Shown here: piece by piece, positions 1 through 9,286 of the stretch
Numbering within the stretch: position 1 is the stretch's first letter
Layout of the letters: each line of letters begins with the position of its first letter
Program-made: the position numbers and the translations under genes
Source of the DNA: Pseudomonadota bacterium
GTDB taxonomy: Bacteria; UBA10199; 2-02-FULL-44-16; JBDRGF01
DNA length: 32,832 nucleotides
Direction: 5' to 3'
Assembly: GCA_043818055.1 (NCBI GenBank)
Contig: JBDRGF010000153.1
Location: 1-32,832 of the forward strand
The notes under the pieces: model-generated
What the model was told of the DNA's origin: nothing
What the model saw: only the letters and a program-made list of their open reading frames with translations
The model's database searches: none

Positions 1-497
1 GCTACACCGCCTCTTAGCATCTTTTCAACAGTGGAAATATTATAGACTTTCTCTTTGGAGCCTTCGACTATGTAATAAACGACCTTGCCGGATCCGATTA
101 TTCCTGAGGATATGAGCTTCGTGCTACTCCTTCCCAATCCGGCTTTTTTTAACACATAGTTGATTGCGACCTTGGCTATCTTTTCCGGCACTTGTTTTAA
201 ATATTTTTTCAGAAGAGGATTATTGAAGAGGCGTTCTATGGAACTATTTTTGTACAACGATATTGATTCGTGTCGTCGTACAAGCACCTGAACATAAAAG
301 TCATTACTATGCGTTCCGCAAAGGCTATCCTCGTGTCGAGGGCTTAGACTGAAGGTTTTTCTGCAAAATGAAATGGCGGGTCCTGGTAGTAAAACGATGT
401 TTGGATTCTGAATTTTGACTGCGATGAGGTCGGAGTTTGTGAGCGGTTGGAAAACTTTCAACCGGTTGTCAACGGTGGGGTTAGGACCTGTGCCCAT
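1..497 (-). CDS. Hypothetical protein, 3'-truncated by window edge (MGTGPNPTVDNRLKVFQPL..., >=165 aa)
   Basis: Manual translation: ATG at 497 with AGGAGGT RBS at 502-508; frame open to position 1. Not in the ORF track because it has no stop in the window. No family recognised. Confidence 0.7.
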   Translation of the reverse strand, partial: MGTGPNPTVDNRLKVFQPLTNSDLIAVKIQNPNIVLLPGPAISFCRKTFSLSPRHEDSLCGTHSNDFYVQVLVRRHESISLYKNSSIERLFNNPLLKKYLKQVPEKIAKVAINYVLKKAGLGRSSTKLISSGIIGSGKVVYYIVEGSKEKVYNISTVEKMLRGGV

Positions 498-574
498 AAA
501 TACCTCCTGCCAGTCTCTCCCCCGGGGGTTATTTACTCAATTTCAATTTATCGCATTTCGCTTATCTACTGATA

Positions 575-604
575 GTATCGGCATCTGCCGCAATAAAGTT
601 GCTA
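575..604 (-). promoter_or_regulatory. Candidate alternative-sigma (sigma28-like) promoter TAGCAACTTT-N12-GCCGATAC
   Basis: Motif recurs at 1980-2008 (-) and 31097-31126 (+); the downstream box resembles the FliA -10 GCCGATAA; oriented toward the ORF starting at 497. Confidence 0.6.
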
Positions 605-740
605 AGTTTTTTTGAAAAAAGAGGAAAAAAGAGGGACAAGGGGCCAGAGGCAAGTTACCTGAAGAACCTTAAAAACAACCCTGAGAAGGCTGAAAAATCA
701 ATTGTTTTACAAACCTGTTTCTGATATTTTCGTGATACTT

Positions 741-1130
741 ATGAAGAAGCAAACGCTTACATGGTTGGAGCTGGCTGAAAATGACCTCTCATTAGCGGGC
801 GATCTTCTTCAGGGGGAGAAGAGGGCACATTACGCAGTCCACTTTTGTCATCAGTCTATTGAAAAGTTGCTAAAAGCAATTATTCAGGAGCAAATAAATG
901 AAACTCCGCTGAGAACACACAATTTCAAAGCGCTTTGCAAATAGGCAAATATCGACCTGCCAGCCGGTAAAATGGAATGGCTTCTTGGGCTCTCTCCTCA
1001 TTACATTGGAACCAGATACACTGAAGATCTATCCAGACTATATAAACAATATACAATCGGGTTCAGCAAAAAGCTTTTTAGTGAAACAAAGGAGTTTTTT
1101 GAATGGCTAAAAAAAGTTTATCTGAAATAA
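741..1130 (+). pseudogene. HEPN domain toxin with a single in-frame TAG at 942-944
   Basis: MKKQTLTWLELAENDL...HQSIEKLLKA...RTHNF is typical HEPN. The same frame continues past the TAG as ANIDLPAGKMEWLLGLSPHYIGTRYTEDL...FEWLKKVYLK* to TAA at 1128-1130, overlapping the MNT start. Confidence 0.8.
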
Positions 1131-1447
1131 AAAAGATCGTTCGCGATTACGTTAAGGAGCTCAAAAAGAAGGACATTTCCCCTCAAATGATCATTCTTTA
1201 TGGATCATATGCCAGCAATACGGCTACTGATGCAAGCGACATCGATATAGTTGTAATTTCCAACGACCTATCCAAATGGCCACCCATCGAACGATTACAA
1301 ATCCTATCGATCGCAACAATGAACATCGATGCGCCACTTGAGGTTCTGGGATATACACCCGAAGAGATCAAGGCACACGGACATGAAAGCATAATCTGGG
1401 CCGAGATTCAAAAAAACGGAAAAGAGATATACAAAGAAGCTGCGTGA
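1103..1447 (+). CDS. Minimal nucleotidyltransferase (MNT) antitoxin
   Basis: ILYGSYA...SDIDIVVIS pol-beta NTase motif, 114 aa, AAGGAG RBS upstream, adjacent to HEPN. Confidence 0.9.
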   Translation: MAKKSLSEIKKIVRDYVKELKKKDISPQMIILYGSYASNTATDASDIDIVVISNDLSKWPPIERLQILSIATMNIDAPLEVLGYTPEEIKAHGHESIIWAEIQKNGKEIYKEAA

Positions 1448-1458
1448 TCCTGACCACA

Positions 1459-1884
1459 CTATCCAGAAAAAAGCCCGCCTTCTTCTGTCTCATCGTTATG
1501 TTTACGCAATGCCTGTCTCTGAGCATCTGTGAGCGGTTTGATGAGCGATTCGACGAGGAGTGTTTTTGCTCCTCTCAGTAATTCTGGGGAATTCAATTGG
1601 GGATCTGCAAATCCATCACAATCTTCAAAGAAGGCAGACTCACCCACCGGAACTAGATAACTATTTTGTACGGTAATCTCCCTTTGACCATTTATCGTAA
1701 CGCGCGTTTTTTGGGGCAAACCATCAACAAGGATTGAACCATCCTCCTGAGCGATGAGCTTTCCAAAATTCCACTCGGTCAAATCTCGCGTATCAAATGT
1801 TGAAAATCCACCCCGTTCAAAAACTGATCCGACATAAATCTTATTGTCGCCGATATGCATGCCAAAGGCTGCGGCTGATTTCAC
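1459..1884 (-). CDS. Hypothetical protein (141 aa)
   Basis: GTG start with GGAGGAG upstream; fills intergenic space; preceded by the recurrent promoter motif; no family recognised. Confidence 0.6.
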   Translation of the reverse strand: MKSAAAFGMHIGDNKIYVGSVFERGGFSTFDTRDLTEWNFGKLIAQEDGSILVDGLPQKTRVTINGQREITVQNSYLVPVGESAFFEDCDGFADPQLNSPELLRGAKTLLVESLIKPLTDAQRQALRKHNDETEEGGLFSG

Positions 1885-1979
1885 TTTATAATACTCCTCC
1901 CAGGATGATAACAGACGAAGTGGAATATACCTTTTGAGTCGACCACTACAATATTATTGAATCCGATGTTATGGTATTT

Positions 1980-2008
1980 TTATCGTCGGGTGTAGAATAA
2001 AGTTGCTA
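1980..2008 (-). promoter_or_regulatory. Candidate sigma28-like promoter TAGCAACTTT-N11-GACGATAA
   Basis: Second copy of the motif, pointing at the 1459-1884 orphan. Confidence 0.55.
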
Positions 2009-2048
2009 GATTTATTGAAATGATGATGCTCCCACTGTAAATCCAGCA

Positions 2049-2073
2049 AGGGCGGTTCGCGAACCGCCCCTAC
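2049..2073 (-). repeat. GTAG-type REP-like palindrome GTAGGGGCGGTTCGCGAACCGCCCT
   Basis: Perfect palindrome GGGCGGTTCGCGAACCGCCC with a 5' GTAG tetranucleotide, immediately after the ntpK stop; may double as a terminator or stabiliser. Confidence 0.7.
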
Positions 2074-2078
2074 ATTGC

Positions 2079-2486
2079 CTATAACAAAAACAGACAGACA
2101 AAGCTGAAGACAGCGTATGTCTCAGGCATAGCCGCGGCGATGATGCCGTTGCCGAGCGTGTTGCGTCCCTCACCGATGGCACGTACGCCGGCTGCGCAGA
2201 CCTTACCCTGATAGATAGCGCTCAACAGGCATGCTGTGCCGACGAGGAGCAGCAGCGCACCGACTGTCGGATTGGTCGATAGTTCAGGTTTTTTCAAAAT
2301 GCCGCCGAGTAGGGAATATATTCCCTGAGTGCTGGGAAGCACCGCGAGCGGCAGGACTGCAAAGAACTTATCCTTGCCTATTCCCAAGGCCGCCTGAAAG
2401 GAGATAGCGAGCCCCCAAGCCGAACCGGAGAGTCCCAATCCCACGCCCAAATAAAAACAAATCTGTAACAACACTGTTAAGTCCAT
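2079..2486 (-). CDS. ntpK: V/A-type ATP synthase subunit K (4-TM proteolipid)
   Basis: LPSTQGIY, SAIYQG and MPETYA motifs; AAGGAGG RBS; last gene of the operon. Confidence 0.9.
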   Translation of the reverse strand: MDLTVLLQICFYLGVGLGLSGSAWGLAISFQAALGIGKDKFFAVLPLAVLPSTQGIYSLLGGILKKPELSTNPTVGALLLLVGTACLLSAIYQGKVCAAGVRAIGEGRNTLGNGIIAAAMPETYAVFSFVCLFLL

Positions 2487-2502
2487 AATTCCTCCTTGTA
2501 AT

Positions 2503-2625
2503 CAAATAACAAATCTCAAAAACCAAATAACAAATAAATTCCAAACACTCAAATCTCAAATAAAAACCTTTGGAATTTGTGATTTGGAGCTTATTTGTAT
2601 TTTGTAATTTGTATTTTGAAATTTC
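2503..2625. repeat. Heptamer-repeat hairpin, family A (CAAATAA/CAAATCT ... ATTTG)
   Basis: Left arm caaataa-caaatct-caaaaac-caaataa; right arm gatttg/tatttg/aatttg repeats; between ntpI and ntpK. Confidence 0.85.
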
Positions 2626-2655
2626 AAAATTTACCCTTTTAAAATATATCAATGG

Positions 2656-4395
2656 TCATTTTATTAGTGGTTTATACGGTACTCCTGTCAATTCTGCAAA
2701 CTTTGGTATCGCCTCCACTGCATGAAGTCTGCCCGGATGAACGAGTGCCCCCACTATTCCCATCGCAAAGTTAAAGCCGTGTCCTATTATCAAAATTATA
2801 ATCGTAAAGAGTATGCCGGCGTAGGGCACCTCTCCAGCTTGCATCGCAAGTTGGTTCACAACCGAGGCTATCGCACCGGTCGCTATCCCAAGGCCAAACA
2901 ACCTCGCATATGACATCACATCGCCGATGAGACTCGTGAGCCCATAGATATTCCAGAGCCCTAAGCCGACGCGCTTGAAGGGATTGTGCGATGAGGATGA
3001 CATGAAGAGTATGACAGCTACACCAAACGAGACAAGCGCCCACCAGTATTCGATCTTGAGAACCCCCAACACTCCACCCCACAAGACGAATATCCGTCCA
3101 AAGGATGCGAAGCGATCTTCTCCTTTATGTGCAGAGAGCAACGAGATGATGAAAGATATCGAGAGGTGAATCACTCCGAGCGCCACAGAGAGGTAGAAGA
3201 GCCTTATGGGATTTCCGAATTCGCTTGATACATCGAAGAGAATCCAACCTCGTTCATGCTGTGGAAATGAGATACCGAATATAGAACCTGTGATGAGTCC
3301 CCATGCTATGGTCGCGACACCAAAGAGCATCGTCAAATTTGTAACCGGCACGATTGCGGGAATTTTTTTTGCAAGATACCTTCGCATGATGAAAGCCGTG
3401 ACTATCATCATCGCGCCATAGCCGGCGTCGCCAAGGCATATACCGAAGAAGAGCATCATGAATGGCGCGAAGAAGGTCGCGGGATCGACGCTGTTGTAAT
3501 CAGGCACACCCAAAAGCTTCAGGAGAGGTTCGAATGTTTTTGTGAAACGGCTATTCTCAGTCAACACGGGAGGGGTTTCGTCTGCGTTGGGATCCCTCGA
3601 TTTGAGCGCGACGACATCCTCAAACTTTTTGAGTTCATCCGTGAGATATTGCAATTTATTTGCAGGAACCCAGCCGCCGACAGCGGTGAGATTTCCATCT
3701 GAATAACTCTGATGATATGCCTTCAAAAATTCGTATTCAGAGACCTCGTTCTCATATTCACTTTTGAGCGTCGGCAGATGAATGGCCATCGATCTTAATT
3801 TTCCCTCAACCATCTTTAATTCGTGATAGACCTGTATCAACCCCTCATTCACCTGAAAGAAATTTTTCTCGGGAATCGGGATTTCGTCAGCGCTTTTAGC
3901 TTCGAGCTTCCCGCCTGAAATAGTTATATAGTAGTGGCTCCCTTTATGAACGATCTCCTGTAAAAATTTTATATTTTCAAAATCGGTTTCAGAAAGTCCC
4001 TCCTCGCGGCTCTGCCAGAGCTGAACTACGATTCCCTTTTGATTGAGATAGTCTATCGCGGAAGGGTCAAAATCTCCCCAGATAGCCTGACGATCCCTCT
4101 CTCTGGTTAGAATCTCTATCTTGTCGTGCAGAGATCTCTTCTGTAACAAGGCTTTTGAGCCCTCTTCAAATGAGGTCTTTACGATACCGGGCTTTGGCTT
4201 ATATGTTTTTAGCTCCTCGATGAGATGGGCGTGTTCCCTGACATTGTGAGAGGCCTCCTCAAGCTCCTTATTAGGCTTTTCCTCTCCCATCTTCTCCGGA
4301 TGAATCACACCCAGACGCTGTAGCTCTCTTATGAGCCCATCCGCATGAGCACTCCTACCCAACACGATCACATATTTCATAGGTACTATTGCCAT
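2656..4395 (-). CDS. ntpI: V/A-type ATP synthase subunit I
   Basis: MAIVPMK start, GWVP, PPVLTEN, FFGICLGDAGYG, DVMSYARLFGLG (essential Arg), C-terminal YKP. Confidence 0.95.
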   Translation of the reverse strand: MAIVPMKYVIVLGRSAHADGLIRELQRLGVIHPEKMGEEKPNKELEEASHNVREHAHLIEELKTYKPKPGIVKTSFEEGSKALLQKRSLHDKIEILTRERDRQAIWGDFDPSAIDYLNQKGIVVQLWQSREEGLSETDFENIKFLQEIVHKGSHYYITISGGKLEAKSADEIPIPEKNFFQVNEGLIQVYHELKMVEGKLRSMAIHLPTLKSEYENEVSEYEFLKAYHQSYSDGNLTAVGGWVPANKLQYLTDELKKFEDVVALKSRDPNADETPPVLTENSRFTKTFEPLLKLLGVPDYNSVDPATFFAPFMMLFFGICLGDAGYGAMMIVTAFIMRRYLAKKIPAIVPVTNLTMLFGVATIAWGLITGSIFGISFPQHERGWILFDVSSEFGNPIRLFYLSVALGVIHLSISFIISLLSAHKGEDRFASFGRIFVLWGGVLGVLKIEYWWALVSFGVAVILFMSSSSHNPFKRVGLGLWNIYGLTSLIGDVMSYARLFGLGIATGAIASVVNQLAMQAGEVPYAGILFTIIILIIGHGFNFAMGIVGALVHPGRLHAVEAIPKFAELTGVPYKPLIK

Positions 4396-4403
4396 AAAAA
4401 ATC

Positions 4404-4479
4404 CGTGAAGCGTGAAACGTCATACGTGAAGCGCATTTTGTGATTAGAAGTTTTTACGCTTCACGAACGACGCTTCACG
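4404..4479. repeat. Heptamer-repeat hairpin, family B (CGTGAAG / CTTCACG)
   Basis: cgtgaag-cgtgaaa-cgtcata-cgtgaag ... cgcttca-cgaacga-cgcttca-cg; between ntpD and ntpI. Confidence 0.85.
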
Positions 4480-4482
4480 TCC

Positions 4483-5076
4483 TTAGGCTGTTTCAGCCAC
4501 ATGCTGCTCACCTAAAAGCTTTCCCTGCGCTATCTTCGCTACCATGACGCTAGCGCGCTCGCCATCTTCGAGACGCCCCTTTATATAGCGAATATCATCC
4601 TCGCCCTTCGGGACGAGCCGCTTCTCAAAGAGGTTTATCCTCTGAGTAGTTATAGTCAACTCCTCTTCGAGCAGCTCTAAAGCCGTGCTCAAAAATTCTA
4701 ACCTATTCTCCTCCTCGAACAATTTTTTTCTTAGTTCAACGAACTTGTCAAAAGAGGGGGGTGTAATAAGACGGCTATATTCCACCGGTTTAAAATCAAC
4801 GCTCTCAACAAGCGTGATCACAACGCCTGCTATATTTGTTGAGGATGTTTTGATATCGGATATCTCAACGAGCGATTCTATCTCATCATGAGGATTCAGG
4901 CTGAACCTCCTCTTTAGATCGATTACCCTCTTCTCCTGTTCATCGAACTTCCTCTCCCAGTCGAGTATCTCACGGTTGAGTTGCTTGCGACGCAGATCGA
5001 GCGTCGGTATCGCCCGCTCCAAACGAGCAACCTTAAGTTTAATCGACCTCAATTCACCTTTTGAGACTCGTACCAT
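4483..5076 (-). CDS. ntpD: V/A-type ATP synthase subunit D
   Basis: SKGEL...IPTLDLRRKQL, TTQRINLFEKRLVP motifs. Confidence 0.93.
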   Translation of the reverse strand: MVRVSKGELRSIKLKVARLERAIPTLDLRRKQLNREILDWERKFDEQEKRVIDLKRRFSLNPHDEIESLVEISDIKTSSTNIAGVVITLVESVDFKPVEYSRLITPPSFDKFVELRKKLFEEENRLEFLSTALELLEEELTITTQRINLFEKRLVPKGEDDIRYIKGRLEDGERASVMVAKIAQGKLLGEQHVAETA

Positions 5077-5080
5077 AAAA

Positions 5081-5188
5081 AATCCGTCGATCGTGAAGCG
5101 TCATTCGTGAAGCGTGTTTAGTATGGGTGTCTTTTTTTTGCGCTTCACGCTTCACGTTTCACGCTTCACGTTTCACGCTTCACGGATT
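5081..5188. repeat. Heptamer-repeat hairpin, family B, overlapping the ntpB 3' end
   Basis: Terminal inverted repeat AATCCGT...ACGGATT; six tandem (C/T)TTCACG units; encodes SVKRET* of NtpB. Confidence 0.85.
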
Positions 5189-6485
5189 CATAATATTCAT
5201 TCAAAATCTCTTCCTTTATCCTCAACACCCTTTTTGGTAAAATTCGTATCAGCTCCCAGCCCAAATCCAACGTTTGATTCAACGAGAGATCCTGATCGGC
5301 CGGCAGGAATCTCTTCTCAAACTCATCTGCAAATTTCAAATAAGCAAGATCAACCTCGTCCGTGATCGCAAAGCCCATCTCGCGCTGTTCTCTCAATGTC
5401 AGTGCGTTTGCGTATGCGGATACGCACGCATCCATGATCGCTCCGTGATCCTTTCTTGTCTCCTTGCCGACGACGAGCCCTTTGAGACGAGAGAGACATT
5501 TCATTATGACGAAGGCATTCTTTTCAACCGGCAGCTGTCCCTCTGTGATGTAGCCCGTCAGGTTGGCGACGATGTGCGAGAGGTCGTTATCGGGAACGGA
5601 GTTTACACCGATCACAGTCACGGAACCTCGCTCACCTCCGAAGTTCACAGCACGCTCGTAGATTCTCGCAAGCCGGCTGTAGAGATCTCCCGGGTAACCG
5701 TCGCGACTCGGGATCTTCCCCTGTGCGTTGGAAACCTCCATCAGCGCATCTGCATATCTCAGCATATCGGAAAGTACGACGAGCACGTGCTGGCCACTCA
5801 ATGCCAACTGCTCGGCGATTGCGCAGCAGATATGCGGCACGTTGAGCCGCTCTATCGGCGATTCTGATCCGAGGTTGACGACCATGGCCATGCGCTCCGC
5901 TGCATCAGCGAGAATATCCTTGAAGAAGAGATACTCCTCATTCAACAGACCCAACCCTCCAAAAATGACGCTAAAATTTTCCTGTCCGGCAACCCTCGCC
6001 TGACGAATGATCCGAGCGATGATCTTATTGATATCCTCTCCCGGAAGTTTGTAGATCGGTATTTTCTGTCCGCGCACGATAGTGTTTGCGCCATCTATCG
6101 CCGGAATGCCTGTTTCTATATATCCCGCCGAAAGAGCCCTTTTATATGGATTGACGACCGCCCCCTCGGTGTCGATGTTCTTGCCCTCTATCGGCGGCTT
6201 GCCATCGCGGGGGGCACCGATGCCGTCGAATATCCTCCCCAGAATGTATTCGGGATGAAAAGCGACCTGAAATGGATGCCCTGTGAATTCAATCTCCTGC
6301 GTATTTTTTACTCCAAGGCTCCCTTTGAGCGACTGAAGAAACGCACGATCCCCCTGCAGCTTCACGACCTTTGCATGCCCATAGTTCTCGAGTATCGCCT
6401 CTTCACCCATCCCGACCCTGTCGATACCTGAGACCTGAATGATAGGTCCTTCGACGTGCATTATTTGTGAATAAATTTTCTTCAT
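5166..6485 (-). CDS. ntpB: V/A-type ATP synthase subunit B
   Basis: IETGIPAID, RGQKIPI, GYPGDLYSRLARIYERA, LTGYITEGQ motifs. Confidence 0.95.
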   Translation of the reverse strand: MKKIYSQIMHVEGPIIQVSGIDRVGMGEEAILENYGHAKVVKLQGDRAFLQSLKGSLGVKNTQEIEFTGHPFQVAFHPEYILGRIFDGIGAPRDGKPPIEGKNIDTEGAVVNPYKRALSAGYIETGIPAIDGANTIVRGQKIPIYKLPGEDINKIIARIIRQARVAGQENFSVIFGGLGLLNEEYLFFKDILADAAERMAMVVNLGSESPIERLNVPHICCAIAEQLALSGQHVLVVLSDMLRYADALMEVSNAQGKIPSRDGYPGDLYSRLARIYERAVNFGGERGSVTVIGVNSVPDNDLSHIVANLTGYITEGQLPVEKNAFVIMKCLSRLKGLVVGKETRKDHGAIMDACVSAYANALTLREQREMGFAITDEVDLAYLKFADEFEKRFLPADQDLSLNQTLDLGWELIRILPKRVLRIKEEILNEYYESVKRET

Positions 6486-6506
6486 TAATAAAACTCCTTA
6501 CATCTG

Positions 6507-6642
6507 CAAATTATAAATAACAAATTACAAATCCCAAATTTCAAATAAATCCCAAATCGCAAGCTCCAAAATAGTGATACGATGTTTCGAATTTGATTTT
6601 TGGTGCTTATTTGTTATTTGTTATTTGAGATTTGTTATTTTG
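6507..6642. repeat. Heptamer-repeat hairpin, family A, overlapping the ntpA 3' end
   Basis: caaatta-taaataa-caaatta-caaatcc-caaattt ... ttatttg-ttatttg-ttatttg-agatttg; encodes QNNKSQITNNK* of NtpA. Confidence 0.85.
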
Positions 6643-8391
6643 TTCCCCCATTTCATTCAAAATGTTTCTGTATCCAATTTCATATTCCTTCGAAAAATTC
6701 GCCTGAGTTATTTTATATAGGAGATCTTCCTGCAATCTTCGCATCACCTGTTTCCCCGCGATCGGAAAATTGTCGATGACATCTGCAAAAAATTCCAGCA
6801 TCGCGTAATGCCTCTCCTGAGCGGTCGCGTTGTCGTTCGGATCAAATGTGTTTTGACTTAAGTATCCCTTCTGAATCAGATCGCCGATGAGCAACATCCT
6901 ATATTCCTCATCCGGCACTCCCTTCTCTCCCAATATCTCCACCTGACTCTTTATGCGCTCGCCGTGAAAGACTGTCTTTTTGAGTCTTTCCACCCTCTTC
7001 AGCCAGTCGGGAAACTTCATATTTGCGAAGAAGCGACCAAGTTCGTCGTATGATGTATCGAGATATTTCGAATGACATTCCATCGGATCGAAGGCGGGAA
7101 AGAGTCTCGCCGCTGCCCTCTTGCGGCTCAATATCAGCGCAACTTTGGCGGTCTGGATGCCTGCCTGAGTCGGAGGATCCCCAGCGATATCTCCTCCATC
7201 GGGAGAGAGTGCGGCGATCGTCGTGATAGAACCCTCGCGATTCGGACTTCCTAGGCATTTCACCTTGCCGGACCTTTCGAACCAGCGGGTGAGGTATGCC
7301 GACATATAAGCGGGAAATGCCTGCGGGCCGGGGATTTCGCCAAGACGACCCGACATCTCACGCATACCCTGAGCCTGCCGTGACAAACTGTCGGTAAGGA
7401 GCAATACGTCGTAGCCCATGTCCCTGTAATATTCTGCGAGTGTCGCTCCGACGAGGATACTTCCCTCTCTCGCGGCGACAGGCATAGCGCTCGTGTTGAC
7501 TAAAAGCACCGTCCTCTGTTCGAGCGGCAGTCCGGTCTCAGGATCCTTGAGTTCAGGAAATTCTTTAATAAGCTCCACCATCTCGCCGGCCCTCTCTCCG
7601 CAGCCGACGTAGATGACTATATGAGTTTTGCTGTGTCTGGAGAGATCGTGCTGACACATGGTCTTCCCAGTGCCGAAATCCCCCGGAATGCAGGCAGTGC
7701 CGCCACGCATGATCGGGTTGAAGCCGTCGATGACGCGAATGCCTGTGACAAGAGGCTCAGTGAGCTTCTCGCGATTCAACACCGGCCTTGGAATTCTGAT
7801 CGGCCAGCGCTGGTATAATTTGAGTTCATATTCTTTGCCGGAGCTATCGACTAACGTGCCAATCGCTTCTTCTACGGTGAAGGGGCCGCTATTGATATCC
7901 TTTATCTTCCCCTTTGGAAAATAAGGGGGGATCATGATGCGATGTTCGATGAGTGATGTCTCCTGAACTGTCCCTATGATGTCCCCGGGTAAGACCTCTT
8001 CTTCATTCTGTTTTGTCGGTTTGAATTCCCATTTCTTTTCCTTGTCGAGCGTGGGAGTTCTCTCTCCCCGCGGAAGGAAATCTCCGTAACCTTTGAGGCT
8101 GTTGCCGAGTCCGTCGAGGACGCTTGTCAGAAGTCCGGGGCCTAATTCAATATCGATGAGATTTCCTGTGAGCATTACCTCGTCGTTGACCATGAGGCCG
8201 GTCGTATCCTCGTAGCTTTGAAGGTCAGCGTGGCTGCCGCGGACGCGTATCAACTCACCGCGAAGATTAAGAGGGCCGATAAAACCCTCCTCGTTCATTA
8301 TAGCTGTGATCCCCTTCTTGGCGCTGCCGCCAAGATCGACGACCACGAGATTATCATCAACCATTACAATACGGGCTTTACGTTCTTTCAT
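6607..8391 (-). CDS. ntpA: V/A-type ATP synthase catalytic subunit A
   Basis: Walker A GDFGTGKT, YVGCGER, NTSAMPVAARE, AEYYRDMG, REMSGRL motifs. Confidence 0.96.
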   Translation of the reverse strand: MKERKARIVMVDDNLVVVDLGGSAKKGITAIMNEEGFIGPLNLRGELIRVRGSHADLQSYEDTTGLMVNDEVMLTGNLIDIELGPGLLTSVLDGLGNSLKGYGDFLPRGERTPTLDKEKKWEFKPTKQNEEEVLPGDIIGTVQETSLIEHRIMIPPYFPKGKIKDINSGPFTVEEAIGTLVDSSGKEYELKLYQRWPIRIPRPVLNREKLTEPLVTGIRVIDGFNPIMRGGTACIPGDFGTGKTMCQHDLSRHSKTHIVIYVGCGERAGEMVELIKEFPELKDPETGLPLEQRTVLLVNTSAMPVAAREGSILVGATLAEYYRDMGYDVLLLTDSLSRQAQGMREMSGRLGEIPGPQAFPAYMSAYLTRWFERSGKVKCLGSPNREGSITTIAALSPDGGDIAGDPPTQAGIQTAKVALILSRKRAAARLFPAFDPMECHSKYLDTSYDELGRFFANMKFPDWLKRVERLKKTVFHGERIKSQVEILGEKGVPDEEYRMLLIGDLIQKGYLSQNTFDPNDNATAQERHYAMLEFFADVIDNFPIAGKQVMRRLQEDLLYKITQANFSKEYEIGYRNILNEMGEQNNKSQITNNK

Positions 8392-8411
8392 CTGTTAAAC
8401 CTCCAAAAAAT

Positions 8412-8499
8412 CGCATATGGCATATGGCATGTAGTATGTGGTGAAAACCCCGGATTATATGGTTTTTACCATATACTATATACCATATGCCATATACGC
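8412..8499. repeat. Heptamer-repeat hairpin, family C (GCATATG/GCATGTA)
   Basis: gcatatg-gcatatg-gcatgta-gtatgtg, central spacer, then catatac-tatatac-catatgc-catatac; between subunits C and A. Confidence 0.85.
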
Positions 8500-8515
8500 C
8501 TTTTAAATTTCTATT

Positions 8516-9148
8516 CTAACCATTCAAAAGATATCTACCTTGATGCAGAGTTATATACTTCAACACATACCCCAGCACCTCGTTTTCATCAAATGTATAT
8601 CTTGGCGCTGCGTCGTTTAACCAGTTGAGCCTCTGTTTTAAGAGCACGCGGTCGAGCTTGAAGGGATCTTCATCCTCATAAGCCTCCCGCCACACCTCTT
8701 GGCCTGCTCCTCTCTGTCCCAGTCGAATCGCTTCAACACCGTTTCGCATCTTATTATCGAAATCCAACCAGTCGGCGAAGAACCCTTTGTCCCAGTCGAG
8801 TGAGCGATCGACAAGCTCGTTGAAATAGCTATGCCAGACTTTTTCAAAGGGATATCCCTCCTGCTTTGCACTAAGCCCCTCAAGCGCAAGCTCCAGCCAA
8901 TACGGAAGATTATCTTTTCTTTCCAGTTCATCCCTCCTGAAAACAACAGGCTCATGGATCTTCAAATTTCGAGAGATATCTTCAAGACACAAGATATCAA
9001 ATGTAAGAAAAAGTTCTCTCGACAATTTTGCAAGATTTCCACCTTCCTCCTCGATCCTCGCAAACAAAACTTCTCCTGCTATATCCGGCAAAAGCGGAGG
9101 ATCGGTTTCTATAGGTGGCAATGTCGATAATAAATATTCAAAGCTCAT
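8516..9148 (-). CDS. Putative V-ATPase subunit C-like protein (DUF2764-type)
   Basis: MSFEYLLSTLPP N-terminus resembles DUF2764; position between E and A matches the Chlamydia/Bacteroidetes/spirochaete operon order. Start moved to ATG 9148 because the upstream extension is repeat-derived. Confidence 0.7.
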   Translation of the reverse strand: MSFEYLLSTLPPIETDPPLLPDIAGEVLFARIEEEGGNLAKLSRELFLTFDILCLEDISRNLKIHEPVVFRRDELERKDNLPYWLELALEGLSAKQEGYPFEKVWHSYFNELVDRSLDWDKGFFADWLDFDNKMRNGVEAIRLGQRGAGQEVWREAYEDEDPFKLDRVLLKQRLNWLNDAAPRYTFDENEVLGYVLKYITLHQGRYLLNG

Positions 9149-9163
9149 AAAATTAAACCTTAG

Positions 9164-9286
9164 AAAAACCAAATTCCAAAAAACAAATAACAAATAACAA
9201 ATAATTTCCAAATTTCAAATTTCCAAAGTTTTGTAAATTGGAGTTTGTGATTTATTTGGGATTTGGAATTTGTATTTTGGATTTTT
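9164..9286. repeat. Heptamer-repeat hairpin, family A, overlapping the ntpE 3' end
   Basis: caaataa x3, caaattt x2 ... gatttg/aatttg repeats; encodes KSKIQIPNPK* of NtpE. Confidence 0.85.

Noticed and set aside
632..654. AGGGACA-AGGGGCC-AGAGGCA weak 7-nt periodicity
   Set aside because: Only three degenerate units and no inverted arm; could be chance.
942..944. Genome-wide amber recoding or pyrrolysine
   Set aside because: TAG ends ntpK, hpnG and kce at expected lengths; no pyl genes in the window.
2368..2652. 94-aa ORF, and ORF-track N-terminal extensions at 9149-9211, 18711-18737 and 22006-22032
   Set aside because: These are translations of heptamer repeats; better starts lie downstream.
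5274..8628. Antisense and alternate-frame ORFs within V-ATPase genes (e.g. 197 aa at 5274, 136 aa at 8218)
   Set aside because: Shadow frames of well-supported conserved genes.
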